Shown: positions 1 to 10,967, counted from the first letter of the stretch. The stretch is DNA of 64,000 nt from an uncultured Alphaproteobacteria bacterium (GCA_902610845.1 CACLXJ010000003.1:36069-100068); one strand, 5' to 3'. Made by a program: numbers and translations. The notes: generated by a model not told the origin, from the sequence alone.

Positions 1-149
1 TTTTGATAATTTTTATCAAATTTATATGATTTTTCACTTTTAATTTTTACAAAGTCAGTCCCATTTGTATTAATCAAACTGATATCAACGCCATCCATTG
101 ATGTGCCTGTCATAACTCCTAAGACATTAAGTTTTGAATTTTTACTCAT
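1..149 (-). CDS. anmK: anhydro-N-acetylmuramic acid kinase, N-terminal part (runs off window)
   Basis: Manual translation MSKNSKLNVLGVMTGTSMDGVDISLINTNG matches the AnmK GxMSGTSxDGxD motif; not in the ORF track. Confidence 0.85.
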   Translation of the reverse strand, partial: MSKNSKLNVLGVMTGTSMDGVDISLINTNGTDFVKIKSEKSYKFDKNYQ

Positions 150-270
150 TTTTAATCAAATTTAATTTTGCACATTTTATTAACAAACATATCAACAAAA
201 AAAGATTATTTACTTTTAAAAATACATTTTTTTATTGATTGATAAATAACAAATAGATAAATTATTTTTA

Positions 271-385
271 ATTATTACACGCAAAGGTAATAATCAATTT
301 AATAAAAGGAAACGATTATTAAATTGTATCGGGAGGAAATGCACGATACACAAAAGGGGCCTAGCTTGCTGGGTCCTTTTTTTTT
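271..385 (+). ncRNA. candidate small RNA: three stem-loops plus intrinsic terminator
   Basis: Consecutive hairpins at 271-294, 296-325 and 325-350, then a GC-rich terminator and T-run; no convincing ORF. Confidence 0.55.
356..385 (+). terminator. Rho-independent terminator
   Basis: GGGCCTAGC-TT-GCTGGGTCC stem (G-U pairs valid only on +) followed by T9. Confidence 0.8.
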
Positions 386-429
386 GTTTTATGGACAAAT
401 CTAATAAATAAAGTATCAGACATTTCATA

Positions 430-1002
430 ATGATAACAAATTATGAAAGAATTTTAGATATTATTTTAGATGATCTTATCCCATTAACAAAAATTTCAAT
501 TAATGAGGGAAATAAAATATTTGGCGGATTTATTGTTAAAAAATCTGACCTAAGTCTTGTTAGTCTAGGTATAAACCAGGAAATCAAAAATCCTTTATTT
601 CATGGAGAAATTTCAACTCTTTTTAATTTATTTGAAAAAAAAGTGTTTAATACAAAAGATTATTACTTCATAAGTACACATCAGCCTTGTTCTATGTGTT
701 TATCAGCTATAACCTGGGCCGGATTTGACAATTTTTACTATTTTTTTTCCTATATCGACACAAAAGAAGGTTTTCATATTCCGCACGATCTTAAAATTTT
801 GAAGGAGGTATTTAAGATCAAAGATGGTAAATACAATATTAATAATGATTATTGGGAGAGTTACTCAATTTTATCGGAAATTAAAAGATTGGGCATTGAG
901 GACTCATTATTAGATAAAATTTATCAGATCAAAGAAGAGTACCAAAAAATGTCAGAAATTTATCAAAAATCAAAAATTGATAATAAAATTCCTCTAAATT
1001 AA
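430..1002 (+). CDS. Zn-dependent nucleoside/nucleobase deaminase (cytidine deaminase superfamily)
   Basis: HGE and PCSMC zinc-binding motifs. Confidence 0.85.
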   Translation: MITNYERILDIILDDLIPLTKISINEGNKIFGGFIVKKSDLSLVSLGINQEIKNPLFHGEISTLFNLFEKKVFNTKDYYFISTHQPCSMCLSAITWAGFDNFYYFFSYIDTKEGFHIPHDLKILKEVFKIKDGKYNINNDYWESYSILSEIKRLGIEDSLLDKIYQIKEEYQKMSEIYQKSKIDNKIPLN

Positions 1003-1034
1003 TTGTTAAATTATAAAAATAAGTATACAAATAA

Positions 1035-1176
1035 TTAACGGGAGATACTGAAATTCAGAGCCGAAGGAGCAACGACCCGGAAACTCTCAGGCACAATGGA
1101 CCGTTAAAAAAAACTCTGGAAAAGAGCATTTAGCTCTACCGAAGGTGAAAAGCTCTCAGGTAAAAAGACAGAGGGG
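1035..1176 (+). promoter_or_regulatory. tandem glycine riboswitch
   Basis: Two aptamers with GGAGA/GGAAA...CCGAAGG...CTCTCAGG cores directly upstream of gcvT. Confidence 0.95.
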
Positions 1177-1193
1177 TAGCTTGGAGAATTTAT

Positions 1194-2315
1194 TTGAACC
1201 AGTTACCAATAGACATCCCACTGAAAAATTTTCATCAAAATAATGGTGCAAAGATATTGCCATTTGCAGGTTTTAATATGCCTATTAATTATAAAACTGG
1301 AATAATTAATGAACACAAAAACGTTAGAAATCATTCAGGTATTTTTGATGTTAGTCATATGGGGCAAATTTTAATTGAAAATAATGAATCTTATTTACAT
1401 AAATTAGAAAAATATATTCCATTACAATTAAAAAAATTAATTAAAAATAGATCACATTATTCATTTTTGCTCAATAAAGATGGTGGTGTTATCGATGATC
1501 TAATTATTTCTAATATTGATATAAAAGATAAGTCATATTTGTATATTGTTTATAATGCATCTCGAAAAAAAGAAGACGAAGAAATATTTATTTCTTGCGC
1601 TCCTAATACAGAAAAAATTTATAAAAAAAATTGTTTATTTGCAATCCAAGGGCCTGATTCTATTAATGTTTTAAAAAATATTATTGATATTCCAAATAAT
1701 ATGAATTTTTTTGATATTTTAATAAGTAAATACAATAACAATGAAATAATAGTATGTAGATCAGGTTATACTGGTGAAGATGGTTTTGAACTTTCTATTC
1801 CAAATGAAATTGCAGAAAATTTAATTACTCATTTACTTAAAAATGAAAATACAATGCTTTGTGGGTTAGGTTCTAGAGATTCATTAAGACTTGAGGCTGG
1901 ATTAAGTTTATATGGTCATGAATTAAATGAAAAAATTACACCAATTGAAGCTGGTTTATCATGGGCTTTAGATAAAAAAAGATTAGAAGATGAAAATTTA
2001 AATGGAAATAAAGTTTTATCTGATCAATTAAAAAATAAACTATCTAATAAAAAAATAGGTTTAATTTCTACCAGTAAATCAATGCTAAGAGATGGAATGA
2101 TATTATTCGATAATAATAATGAAATTGGCAAAATTACAAGTGGATGTTTTTCTCCTAATCTAAACAAATCTATAGCTATTGGTTATATAATATCTGAATT
2201 CAATACTGATAATCCAATTTTTTGTGAAATTAGAAAAAAATTAGAAGTAGTAAAAATTAATAATCTACCTTTTATAAAAAAAAAATATAAAAAAAATGGG
2301 AGCATATATGAGTGA
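1194..2315 (+). CDS. gcvT: glycine cleavage system aminomethyltransferase T
   Basis: FDVSHMG, RSGYTGEDGFE and RDSLRLEAG motifs; TTG start after GGAG. Confidence 0.95.
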   Translation: MNQLPIDIPLKNFHQNNGAKILPFAGFNMPINYKTGIINEHKNVRNHSGIFDVSHMGQILIENNESYLHKLEKYIPLQLKKLIKNRSHYSFLLNKDGGVIDDLIISNIDIKDKSYLYIVYNASRKKEDEEIFISCAPNTEKIYKKNCLFAIQGPDSINVLKNIIDIPNNMNFFDILISKYNNNEIIVCRSGYTGEDGFELSIPNEIAENLITHLLKNENTMLCGLGSRDSLRLEAGLSLYGHELNEKITPIEAGLSWALDKKRLEDENLNGNKVLSDQLKNKLSNKKIGLISTSKSMLRDGMILFDNNNEIGKITSGCFSPNLNKSIAIGYIISEFNTDNPIFCEIRKKLEVVKINNLPFIKKKYKKNGSIYE

Positions 2316-2679
2316 AAAAAAATACACAAAAGATCATGAATGGGTTTCAATTGAAAATGAAATTGCTACAATTGGTATTAGTAATCATGCCCAAGAATCT
2401 CTTGGCGATATTGTATTTATTGAATTACCATCAGTTGGAAATTCGGTAAAAGCAAAAGATGAAATATGCGTCGTTGAATCTGTAAAAGCAGCTTCTGATA
2501 TTTATGCTCCAATAGATGGTGAAATAATTGAAGTTAACAATAATCTAGAAAATGATGCTGCTATTATTAATCAAGATGCAGAAAATGAGGGATGGATTTT
2601 TAAAATGAAAATTTCTGATTCAAATCAATATTCTCAACTTATGTCAGAAGATGAGTATCGACAATTTTTGGAACAATAG
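2308..2679 (+). CDS. gcvH: glycine cleavage system H protein
   Basis: HEW and VESVKAASD lipoyl-lysine motif; start moved to ATG after GGGAG. Confidence 0.95.
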   Translation: MSEKKYTKDHEWVSIENEIATIGISNHAQESLGDIVFIELPSVGNSVKAKDEICVVESVKAASDIYAPIDGEIIEVNNNLENDAAIINQDAENEGWIFKMKISDSNQYSQLMSEDEYRQFLEQ

Positions 2680-5532
2680 ATGATTGAAATAGATAAATTT
2701 GTTAGCAGACATATAGGACCTAGAAATGAAGATATTGGAGAAATGCTTAAATTAATAAATTGCTCTTCATTAGATGAATTAATTGAAAAAACTGTACCTA
2801 ATCATATCATTTTTAAAGATAAACTTAAATTTAGACCTGGTATGTCTGAGGAGTTTAATAAAATTAATACTCAACTTTTATCTTTAAAAAATAATTTCAA
2901 AAAAACTTATATTGGAATGGGTTATTATAATACTATTACCCCTAGCGTTATTTTAAGAAATGTTCTTGAAAATCCAGGATGGTATACTGCTTACACACCT
3001 TATCAACCAGAAGTAAGTCAGGGCAGGTTGGAAATGTTAATGAATTTTCAACAAATGATAATTGATTTGACTGGAATGGATATTGCAAATGCATCTTTAC
3101 TTGATGAAAGTACTGCGGCAGCTGAGGCTATGATGATGGCTTTTAAAATTAAAAAAAGTGCAAAGTTTACTTTTTGTGTTCAAAATAAATGCCATCCACA
3201 AACACTATCCGTATTAAAAACTAGAGCTAAGCCTCTAGGTATAAAAATTATATTTGATAATCCAGATAATGATACATTTGGCTGTTTAATTCAAAATCCA
3301 GACACATACGGAGAAATTGCAAATCTCAACGATTTAATAAATATAAATAAATCTTACGATGCGTTATCAATCATAGCAGCTGATATAATGAGTTTGGTGG
3401 TTATGAAGTCACCAAAAGATTTTGGAGCTGATATAGTTGTTGGGAGTACACAAAGGTTCGGTGTTCCAATGGGTCTAGGAGGTCCTCACGCAGCATATTT
3501 TGCAACATTAGATGAATACAAAAGAATGATACCTGGAAGACTAATTGGCGTGTCAGTTGATCGTACTAATAAAAGATCTTACAGAATGGCTCTTCAAACC
3601 CGCGAGCAACATATTAGAAGGGAAAAAGCTACAAGTAATATATGTACTGCACAGGCCTTATTAGCAATTATATCTGCTTCATATGCAATATATCATGGTC
3701 CAACTAGATTAAAAAATATTACTAATGACATTCACTATAAGTCTAGATATCTAAAAAAATCATTAGAGATATTAAATTTTGAAGTAAAATCTAAAAATTA
3801 TTTTGATACTTTATTAGTAAAAGACTCAAAATCTAAATACTGGGTAAATAAATCTATAGAAAATGGAATAAATTTTAGATTTGTAAATGACGATCATTTT
3901 TCAATTTCCTTAGATGAAACTACATCACTACAAGATGTAGATAATTTAATTAAATTTTTTAATGAAAATGATATTGAAATATATGCTGAAGAGATCGAGG
4001 GTAAAATTGAAAATTCAATTTTCAAAAGTGATTTAGAAAGAAAAGACAATATCTTAACTCATCCAGTATTTAATATCTATCATTCTGAAACAGAAATGAT
4101 GAGATATTTAAAAAAACTAGAAAACAAAGACGTTGCTTTAAATAGATCAATGATACCTCTTGGATCTTGTACTATGAAATTAAATGCTGCATCTGAAATG
4201 CTTCCAATTACTTTACCAGGTTTTTCAAATGCGCATCCATTCTTAGAGCCCCATCAACGTGAGGGATATAATGAAATGATGATTGAATTAATATCGATGT
4301 TAAAAGATATTACTGGTTTTGATGCAGTTTCACTTCAACCTAATGCTGGAGCACAAGGTGAGTTTGCAGGTTTATTAGCTATACAAAAATATCATGAGAA
4401 AAACTCAGATACTAAAAGAAATATTTGCATAATTCCTAAAAGTGCCCATGGAACTAATCCAGCTAGTGCACAGATGTGTGGTATGGATATTTTAATTGTA
4501 AACTGTGATGACAAAGGTAATGTAGATCTAACTCACTTAGATAAAAAAATAGAAGAGGCGGGTGATAGACTGTCTGCTTTAATGATTACATATCCATCAA
4601 CACATGGTGTATTCGAGGAAAGTATTGTTGAGATTTGTAAAAAAATTCATGATGCTGGTGGGCAAGTTTATCTAGATGGCGCTAATTATAATGCAATGGT
4701 TGGAGTAGCTAAACCAGGTAAATTTGGACCTGATGTATGCCATATGAATCTCCATAAGACATTCTGCATACCTCATGGAGGAGGTGGGCCTGGAGTTGGG
4801 GCTATAGGATTAAAAAAACATTTAGCAGATTTTGCTCCTGGGCATCCTATTTTTAAAAATGAAATAGGTTTAACCAATCAGGAGGCAGTTTCAGCTGCGC
4901 CTTGGGGCAGTGCATCTATTTTACCTATTTCGTATTCTTATATTTCTATGATGGGTGACGATGGTTTAAAATTAGCAACTCAAGTAGCAATTTTAAATGC
5001 TAATTATATTAAAGAAAGATTAAAAAATTATTACCCTATTTTATATACTGGTAAGAATAATATGGTAGCACACGAATTTATTATTGATATCAGGCCATTT
5101 AAACAAGAATTAAATATTTCAGACGAAGATATTGCTAAAAGATTAATCGATTATGGATTTCATGCACCTACAATGTCCTTTCCTGTTCCCGGTACTCTTA
5201 TGATTGAGCCTACGGAAAGTGAATCAAAAGAGGAACTAGATAGATTTTGCGAAGCAATGATTTCTATTCACAATGAAATCACTATGATTAGAGATGGTAA
5301 ATTTGATAAAGTAGACAATCCTATAAAAAATGCCCCACATACAATTGAAGAAGTATCTTCTGACAATTGGGATCACAAATATTCACGTAAAGATGCTGCC
5401 TACCCACATGCTTATTTAATAAATAATAAATACTGGAGTCCAGTCAGTAGAATTGATAATGTATATGGCGATAGAAATTTATTTTGTGTTTGTCCTCCAA
5501 TTGATGAATATGAAGAGGTTAAAGCAGGATAA
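2680..5532 (+). CDS. gcvP: glycine dehydrogenase (decarboxylating), single-chain P protein
   Basis: YTPYQPE, LQTREQHIRREKATSNICT and NLHKTF motifs. Confidence 0.97.
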   Translation: MIEIDKFVSRHIGPRNEDIGEMLKLINCSSLDELIEKTVPNHIIFKDKLKFRPGMSEEFNKINTQLLSLKNNFKKTYIGMGYYNTITPSVILRNVLENPGWYTAYTPYQPEVSQGRLEMLMNFQQMIIDLTGMDIANASLLDESTAAAEAMMMAFKIKKSAKFTFCVQNKCHPQTLSVLKTRAKPLGIKIIFDNPDNDTFGCLIQNPDTYGEIANLNDLININKSYDALSIIAADIMSLVVMKSPKDFGADIVVGSTQRFGVPMGLGGPHAAYFATLDEYKRMIPGRLIGVSVDRTNKRSYRMALQTREQHIRREKATSNICTAQALLAIISASYAIYHGPTRLKNITNDIHYKSRYLKKSLEILNFEVKSKNYFDTLLVKDSKSKYWVNKSIENGINFRFVNDDHFSISLDETTSLQDVDNLIKFFNENDIEIYAEEIEGKIENSIFKSDLERKDNILTHPVFNIYHSETEMMRYLKKLENKDVALNRSMIPLGSCTMKLNAASEMLPITLPGFSNAHPFLEPHQREGYNEMMIELISMLKDITGFDAVSLQPNAGAQGEFAGLLAIQKYHEKNSDTKRNICIIPKSAHGTNPASAQMCGMDILIVNCDDKGNVDLTHLDKKIEEAGDRLSALMITYPSTHGVFEESIVEICKKIHDAGGQVYLDGANYNAMVGVAKPGKFGPDVCHMNLHKTFCIPHGGGGPGVGAIGLKKHLADFAPGHPIFKNEIGLTNQEAVSAAPWGSASILPISYSYISMMGDDGLKLATQVAILNANYIKERLKNYYPILYTGKNNMVAHEFIIDIRPFKQELNISDEDIAKRLIDYGFHAPTMSFPVPGTLMIEPTESESKEELDRFCEAMISIHNEITMIRDGKFDKVDNPIKNAPHTIEEVSSDNWDHKYSRKDAAYPHAYLINNKYWSPVSRIDNVYGDRNLFCVCPPIDEYEEVKAG

Positions 5533-5575
5533 TTATTATTTATCAATTATTTAAAATATTAATTTAATAATAACT

Positions 5576-6604
5576 ATGATTTATATTAATCTGATTTTAG
5601 TTTTTTTAGTATTGGTCGCAATACATGAGTACGGCCATTATCTAGTTGCCAGATTGTTTAAAGCTGAAGTTACTGATTTCTCAATCGGATTTGGTAAACC
5701 AATGTTAAAATTTACAGATAGAAATGGCACTACATGGAAATTATCTCCAATTCCTTTAGGTGGATATGTAAAAATCAAAGGTCTGGATAATATATTTTCT
5801 CCAAACCCTACCGATGAACAAGGATCCTTTCAATCCCTTACACTTTTTCAAAAGATATTAGTACTTTTAGCAGGAAGTATTTTTAATATTCTTAGTGCGT
5901 GGTTTGCTCTTTTCTGCATATTTTTCTTCTTTGGAATTGTCAGTTTAATGCCAATTATTGGATCAGTTAGCGAAAATTCATCAGCATTTGAAAACGATCT
6001 TAGAGAAGGAGATAGAATACTTGAAATAAATAATATTAATATTGAAGAGTTTTCTGATATCCCAAAAGTAATTGCAAACAACCAAAGTATAAATATTTTA
6101 ATAGAAAGAAATAATCAGATAATTGAAAAAAATTTTGATCTAAAATTTAATGAAGAATTAAATAGGCACATTATTGGAATATCTTCACCTCAAAACCCTA
6201 TTATTGATAAGTATAATTTAATTGATTCAATTAAAAATTCTTCTTTATTCATACCTACATATTATGCTGCTTCTTTTGCATTTCTTCAACAATCTTACAA
6301 AGAAAATACATTAGGAGATCAGTTAGCCGGACCAATAGGGATCGTTAAAAATGCAGATCAAATGATGCTAGATCAAATAAGGGGAGTTCTATTTTTATTT
6401 ATTATTATTTCTTTGTTTGTAGGTTTATTTAATTTGCTTCCTATTCCTCTTTTAGATGGTGGTCATATAATGTATTTTATCATAAGAAGAATTTTTTCTA
6501 ATTCACTTCCTGAGTTTGTTACAAGAGTTTATTTGGCTGTGGGGATAACAATAATATCTTTTCTCTTTATAGTTGTGACTTACAACGATATTTTTTATAA
6601 ATAA
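5576..6604 (+). CDS. rseP: RIP metalloprotease RseP (M50 with PDZ)
   Basis: HEYGH and NLLPIPLLDGGH motifs, central PDZ-like region. Confidence 0.9.
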   Translation: MIYINLILVFLVLVAIHEYGHYLVARLFKAEVTDFSIGFGKPMLKFTDRNGTTWKLSPIPLGGYVKIKGLDNIFSPNPTDEQGSFQSLTLFQKILVLLAGSIFNILSAWFALFCIFFFFGIVSLMPIIGSVSENSSAFENDLREGDRILEINNINIEEFSDIPKVIANNQSINILIERNNQIIEKNFDLKFNEELNRHIIGISSPQNPIIDKYNLIDSIKNSSLFIPTYYAASFAFLQQSYKENTLGDQLAGPIGIVKNADQMMLDQIRGVLFLFIIISLFVGLFNLLPIPLLDGGHIMYFIIRRIFSNSLPEFVTRVYLAVGITIISFLFIVVTYNDIFYK

Positions 6605-6622
6605 TAATTAGAGGGAGATAAA

Positions 6623-6991
6623 ATGACAAATTTTGAAAAAGTAAAAGAATTCATGACAACTTTTGGTCAAGAGGTAAAAACGAGTGCTGAATTCCCAGAA
6701 AATAAAATTGTAGAATTAAGAAAAAAATTGATTGATGAAGAATTTAATGAATTAAAAGATGCAATCAATGATAATGATATCGTGGAAGTTGCTGATGCAT
6801 TAACTGATATTTTAGTTGTAACTTATGGTGCAGGCGCTGCTTTTGGCGTAGATCTAGATAAATGTTTTGACGAAGTTCATCGTAGTAACATGAGTAAACT
6901 TTCAGAGGAAGGTAAACCAATTTATAATGAATTTGGTAAAGTGATGAAGGGTCCTAATTATTCACCTCCAGATTTGAAAAAAATAATTTAA
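6623..6991 (+). CDS. all-alpha NTP pyrophosphohydrolase (MazG/PRA-PH-like)
   Basis: EEFNEL, EVADALTD, EVHRSNMSK and GKVMKG motifs. Confidence 0.85.
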   Translation: MTNFEKVKEFMTTFGQEVKTSAEFPENKIVELRKKLIDEEFNELKDAINDNDIVEVADALTDILVVTYGAGAAFGVDLDKCFDEVHRSNMSKLSEEGKPIYNEFGKVMKGPNYSPPDLKKII

Positions 6992-8148
6992 ATATTTTTT
7001 AAAGCATCATCTAAGGAATTCTTTAAGTCTTTAATATCTTCAATACCAATTGAAAGTCTAATTAAAGTATCAGAAATTTCTAACTCTTCTCTAATTTTTT
7101 TATCAATGGATGCATGTGTCATTATAGCTGGATGTTCTATTAAACTTTCAACTCCGCCCAAACTTTCTGCCAGTGTAAATATTTGAATTGTTTCAAGAAA
7201 TTTTTTAGCTGAATTAATGTCACCCATTAATTCAATTGATAATATACCACCAAATCCCTTCATTTGTTTTTTTGCAATTTCATAACTTGGGTTATTTTCT
7301 AATCCAGGATAAAAAACTTTATTAATTTTAGGATGTTTTAATAAATAATTAGCAATTTCGAGAGCATTATTGTTATGCCTTTCCATTCTTACAGCAAGTG
7401 TTTTAATTGATCTAATAAGTAGATAACAATCAAAGGGGCTGGGTACAGCACCAACTGCATTTTGAATATATTTAATTTTATCAGCTAAAATTTTATTATC
7501 ATTGATAATTAATGCACCTCCAATTATGTCAGAATGCCCACCAAGATATTTAGTTGACGAATGTATTACAACATCAGCTCCGGTATTTAATGGTTGTTGA
7601 TTGTAAGGTGATGCAAAAGTATTATCACAAACTACAATTATATTATCATCTTTTAAGTTTTCTCTAATTTTCATTATATCTATAATTTTTAGTAGGGGGT
7701 TAGAAGGTGTCTCAACCCAAATCATTTTCGTATTTTCTTTTAAATGACCTTGCCAATTATTTTCTTTACTAAGATCAGTATATGTCACTTCCACATCTTG
7801 ATTTACAGTTTTAATTTTATCAAATATTCTTCTGGTTCCACCGTAAACATCATCGCTACAAATAATTGAATAATTTTTACCTAAAGCATCTGATAATGCA
7901 GAAATTGCAGCCATACCTGAGCTAAATGCATAAGCAAATTTTCCATCTTCCAATTCAACTAATAACTTTTCTAAAATATCTCTTGTTGGGTTACCTGTTC
8001 TTGCATATTCATAAGTAAAGTCACCAGGAGAATTTTGTTTGAAAGTTGATGAAAGGTGAATAGGGGGCATTACTGCTCCTGTAGTTTTATCAGCACCATG
8101 ACCTGAATGAATTACTTTAGAATTAAATTTTTTATCTTTAATATTCAT
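6988..8148 (-). CDS. cystathionine gamma-lyase/synthase family PLP enzyme
   Basis: YARTGNPT, ETPSNP, HSSTKYLGGHSD and SLGGVESL motifs. Confidence 0.9.
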   Translation of the reverse strand: MNIKDKKFNSKVIHSGHGADKTTGAVMPPIHLSSTFKQNSPGDFTYEYARTGNPTRDILEKLLVELEDGKFAYAFSSGMAAISALSDALGKNYSIICSDDVYGGTRRIFDKIKTVNQDVEVTYTDLSKENNWQGHLKENTKMIWVETPSNPLLKIIDIMKIRENLKDDNIIVVCDNTFASPYNQQPLNTGADVVIHSSTKYLGGHSDIIGGALIINDNKILADKIKYIQNAVGAVPSPFDCYLLIRSIKTLAVRMERHNNNALEIANYLLKHPKINKVFYPGLENNPSYEIAKKQMKGFGGILSIELMGDINSAKKFLETIQIFTLAESLGGVESLIEHPAIMTHASIDKKIREELEISDTLIRLSIGIEDIKDLKNSLDDALKNI

Positions 8149-8150
8149 TA

Positions 8151-9152
8151 TTACACCCAATCAGCATACGGTAAATTTTTAGAAACTAAGTATTCTTTAT
8201 TAAACATTTTATCATAATATTTATTTGCATCATCACAAAGTATTGTTACAATTTTTTTACCCTTACCCATTGATTTGGCCAGTTTTACTGCACCGCATAT
8301 ATTTACTCCAGAACTTAATCCAAGAAATAATCCATCTGTTTTCATAATTTTAAATAACATTTCCATACATTCTTGATCAGAAACAAAAAATGATTTGTCT
8401 ACAACGCAATTTTCTAAATTTTTTGTTACTCTAGCTTGTCCGATACCTTCTGTAATAGATTCTTCCCCCTTTTTTTCTGGCTTACCATTAGTAAAATAAT
8501 TAAACATTGATGATCCTTGTGAATCTGTGCAAGCAATAATAATTTCTTTATTTTTTGATTTTAGCCCAACACTAACACCAGTTAATGTCCCTCCAGTTCC
8601 AATTGCACATGTGAAACCATCTATTTTACCCTCTGTTTGTTTAAAGATTTCTGCAGATGTTGATTTTTCATGAAATTTGTAGTTTGCTAAATTTTCAAAC
8701 TGACCAGCCCAAAAAGCTTTCTTACCTGTTTGTTTTTCAATATCTTTAGCTAATTGCTGTGACACTTTTTGATAGTTACCAGGATCAGAATATGGTTTTG
8801 CCTCAACTAAATGAAGTTTTGCTCCCATATTTTTTAGTATATCCCTTTTAGATTGTACTGTTATGTTGGGCATTACGATTTCTAGATTATAATTTTTTGC
8901 ATTACAGACTAACGCTAAACCTATTCCTGTGTTTCCAAAAGTCCCCTCAACAACAGTTCCACCAGGTTCCAACAATTTTTTTTGTTCAGCATCCTCGATA
9001 ATACCAAGTGCAGTTCTATCTTTGACTGAACCAGCTGGATTCATAAATTCAGCTTTACCGTATATTTCACAATCTGAAATCTCTGAGGGGTATTTTAATT
9101 TTATTAAGGGAGTGTTACCAATTAATTGAGTAACATTATTTGTTAACATCAA
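8151..9152 (-). CDS. cysteine synthase / O-acetylserine-dependent cystathionine beta-synthase family
   Basis: [15 protein letters not shown] (PLP lysine), GTGGT and EGIG motifs. Confidence 0.9.
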   Translation of the reverse strand: MMLTNNVTQLIGNTPLIKLKYPSEISDCEIYGKAEFMNPAGSVKDRTALGIIEDAEQKKLLEPGGTVVEGTFGNTGIGLALVCNAKNYNLEIVMPNITVQSKRDILKNMGAKLHLVEAKPYSDPGNYQKVSQQLAKDIEKQTGKKAFWAGQFENLANYKFHEKSTSAEIFKQTEGKIDGFTCAIGTGGTLTGVSVGLKSKNKEIIIACTDSQGSSMFNYFTNGKPEKKGEESITEGIGQARVTKNLENCVVDKSFFVSDQECMEMLFKIMKTDGLFLGLSSGVNICGAVKLAKSMGKGKKIVTILCDDANKYYDKMFNKEYLVSKNLPYADWV

Positions 9153-9711
9153 TATCTCTTACACCATATGGATTAAATGAAGTATCTTTATTAATATTAA
9201 TATTTTTAACTGGATTGCCTACCATTGTTGCATATGAAGGAACATCCTTTAATACAACTGTATTAGCTCCAACTCTCGCACAACTTCCAATATTAATTGG
9301 ACCAAGAATACTTGCCCCACATCCTATAATTACATTGTCTTCGATTGTCGGATGTCTTTTTGTATCTCTTTGATCATTGGAATTTTCTGCTGGACTAATT
9401 CCCCCAAGTGTAACACCATGGTACAAAGTAACATTATCTCCAATTACACTAGTTTCTCCAATTACAGTTCCCATACCGTGATCTATAAATAAGTTTTTAC
9501 CTATTTTAGCTGCAGGATGAATTTCAATTCCTGTTAAAAAACGACTAAATTGAGAAATTATTCTTGCTAGAGTATAAAGATTTAAATTCCAAAGATTATT
9601 TGCTATTCTATGAAAAAAAACAGATTTCACTCCTGGGTACGTAAGTAGCACACTTAGTTTACTTTTTGCAGCTGGATCTCTTTGTATTATTGAATCTAAA
9701 TAATCAGTCAT
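9136..9711 (-). CDS. cysE: serine O-acetyltransferase
   Basis: [23 protein letters not shown] motifs and hexapeptide repeats. Confidence 0.95.
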   Translation of the reverse strand: MTDYLDSIIQRDPAAKSKLSVLLTYPGVKSVFFHRIANNLWNLNLYTLARIISQFSRFLTGIEIHPAAKIGKNLFIDHGMGTVIGETSVIGDNVTLYHGVTLGGISPAENSNDQRDTKRHPTIEDNVIIGCGASILGPINIGSCARVGANTVVLKDVPSYATMVGNPVKNININKDTSFNPYGVRDIDVNK

Positions 9712-9848
9712 TTCGTAATGCTATTTAGTGATTATTGCATTTTTTTCAATGTAACGAGCATTTCTCTTTAAAAATTATGATTTTAATTATGTCAATTATT
9801 GATAGTTTATATAGATAAAAGATAATCAATATATGATTTGTTAATTTG

Positions 9849-10967
9849 ATGATTAAAATAAATAAGATCAAAATTCATTTATTTAAGTATAAGAATAAAA
9901 ATCCAGTTTTATCATCATTTGGTAGGATGACTTTTAGATCATCTTTAATAATTGAATTGATTGATCAAAATGACAATAGTGGATTTGGAGAAATATGGTG
10001 TAACTTCCCAAATTATGCTGGCAGATATAGATTTGAAATATTTAAGGATTATTTTGCAAATTTACTTAAAAATTTTGCTTTTGAAAAGCCGAGTGATCCT
10101 TATAATTTTTTTTATGAAAAATTTAATTCAATAAAAATTCAAAGTGGCGATTATGGAGCTTTTAGTAATATTATTTCAGGAATAGATTGTGCTTGTTGGG
10201 ATTTATTTTCTAAAAATAAAAAAACACCTTTAAATAAATTAATTAATAGTAATTCATCAGATAGGATTCAAGTTTATGCCAGTGGTATTAATAGAGACGA
10301 GCACAAAGAAAGAATAAATGAGGCAAGAAATTTAGGAATTAAAAAATTTAAAATTAAAATTGGATATGATTTAAAAGATGATATTTTAAGTTTAGTATCA
10401 ATTGAAAAAATTTTAAAAGATACTGAAGATTATATGATTGATGTAAATCAAGCATGGAAAATAGATAAAGTTAGCTCAAATATTAAAGCATTAAATCAGT
10501 TCAGATATTATTGGTTAGAAGAGCCAATTAGTGCTGATAATTCTTTAAAAGAAATTATTAATTTAATAAACAATCATAAAAATTTGGCTTTTGGTGAAAA
10601 TATTACTCAAATAAACAACTTTGTTAAATTAAATGATACCTCAATTAAATTTCTACAACCTGATATTGCTAGGTATGGAGGTATTTCACAGATAATAAGT
10701 TTAAAAGATAAAATAGTTACTGATAAATTATATCTACATTATTTAGGTGGTGCTGTCGGTTTGATTACTTCAGCACATTTAATGTCTGCAATTAATCAAA
10801 GTGGATGTTTAGAATATGATATTAACGAAAATGCACTCAGAACTGATATTTTGAATCCTACTATAAAAATAAAAGATGGTTATTTATTATTAAATTCATC
10901 AATAGGTATCGGATTTAACCTTTCTGAAATGTCAAAAAATTATTTAGATCAATTTTATGAATTATAA
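9849..10967 (+). CDS. mandelate racemase/muconate lactonizing enzyme family (enolase superfamily)
   Basis: KxK (FKIKIG), metal ligands DVNQ, LEEP, GEN, plus QPD and His. Confidence 0.85.
   Translation: MIKINKIKIHLFKYKNKNPVLSSFGRMTFRSSLIIELIDQNDNSGFGEIWCNFPNYAGRYRFEIFKDYFANLLKNFAFEKPSDPYNFFYEKFNSIKIQSGDYGAFSNIISGIDCACWDLFSKNKKTPLNKLINSNSSDRIQVYASGINRDEHKERINEARNLGIKKFKIKIGYDLKDDILSLVSIEKILKDTEDYMIDVNQAWKIDKVSSNIKALNQFRYYWLEEPISADNSLKEIINLINNHKNLAFGENITQINNFVKLNDTSIKFLQPDIARYGGISQIISLKDKIVTDKLYLHYLGGAVGLITSAHLMSAINQSGCLEYDINENALRTDILNPTIKIKDGYLLLNSSIGIGFNLSEMSKNYLDQFYEL

Noticed and set aside
339..404. Short ORF MHDTQKGPSLLGPFFLFYGQI after GGAGG
   Set aside because: The SD-to-ATG spacing is too short and the ORF runs through the terminator; an RNA-structure explanation fits better
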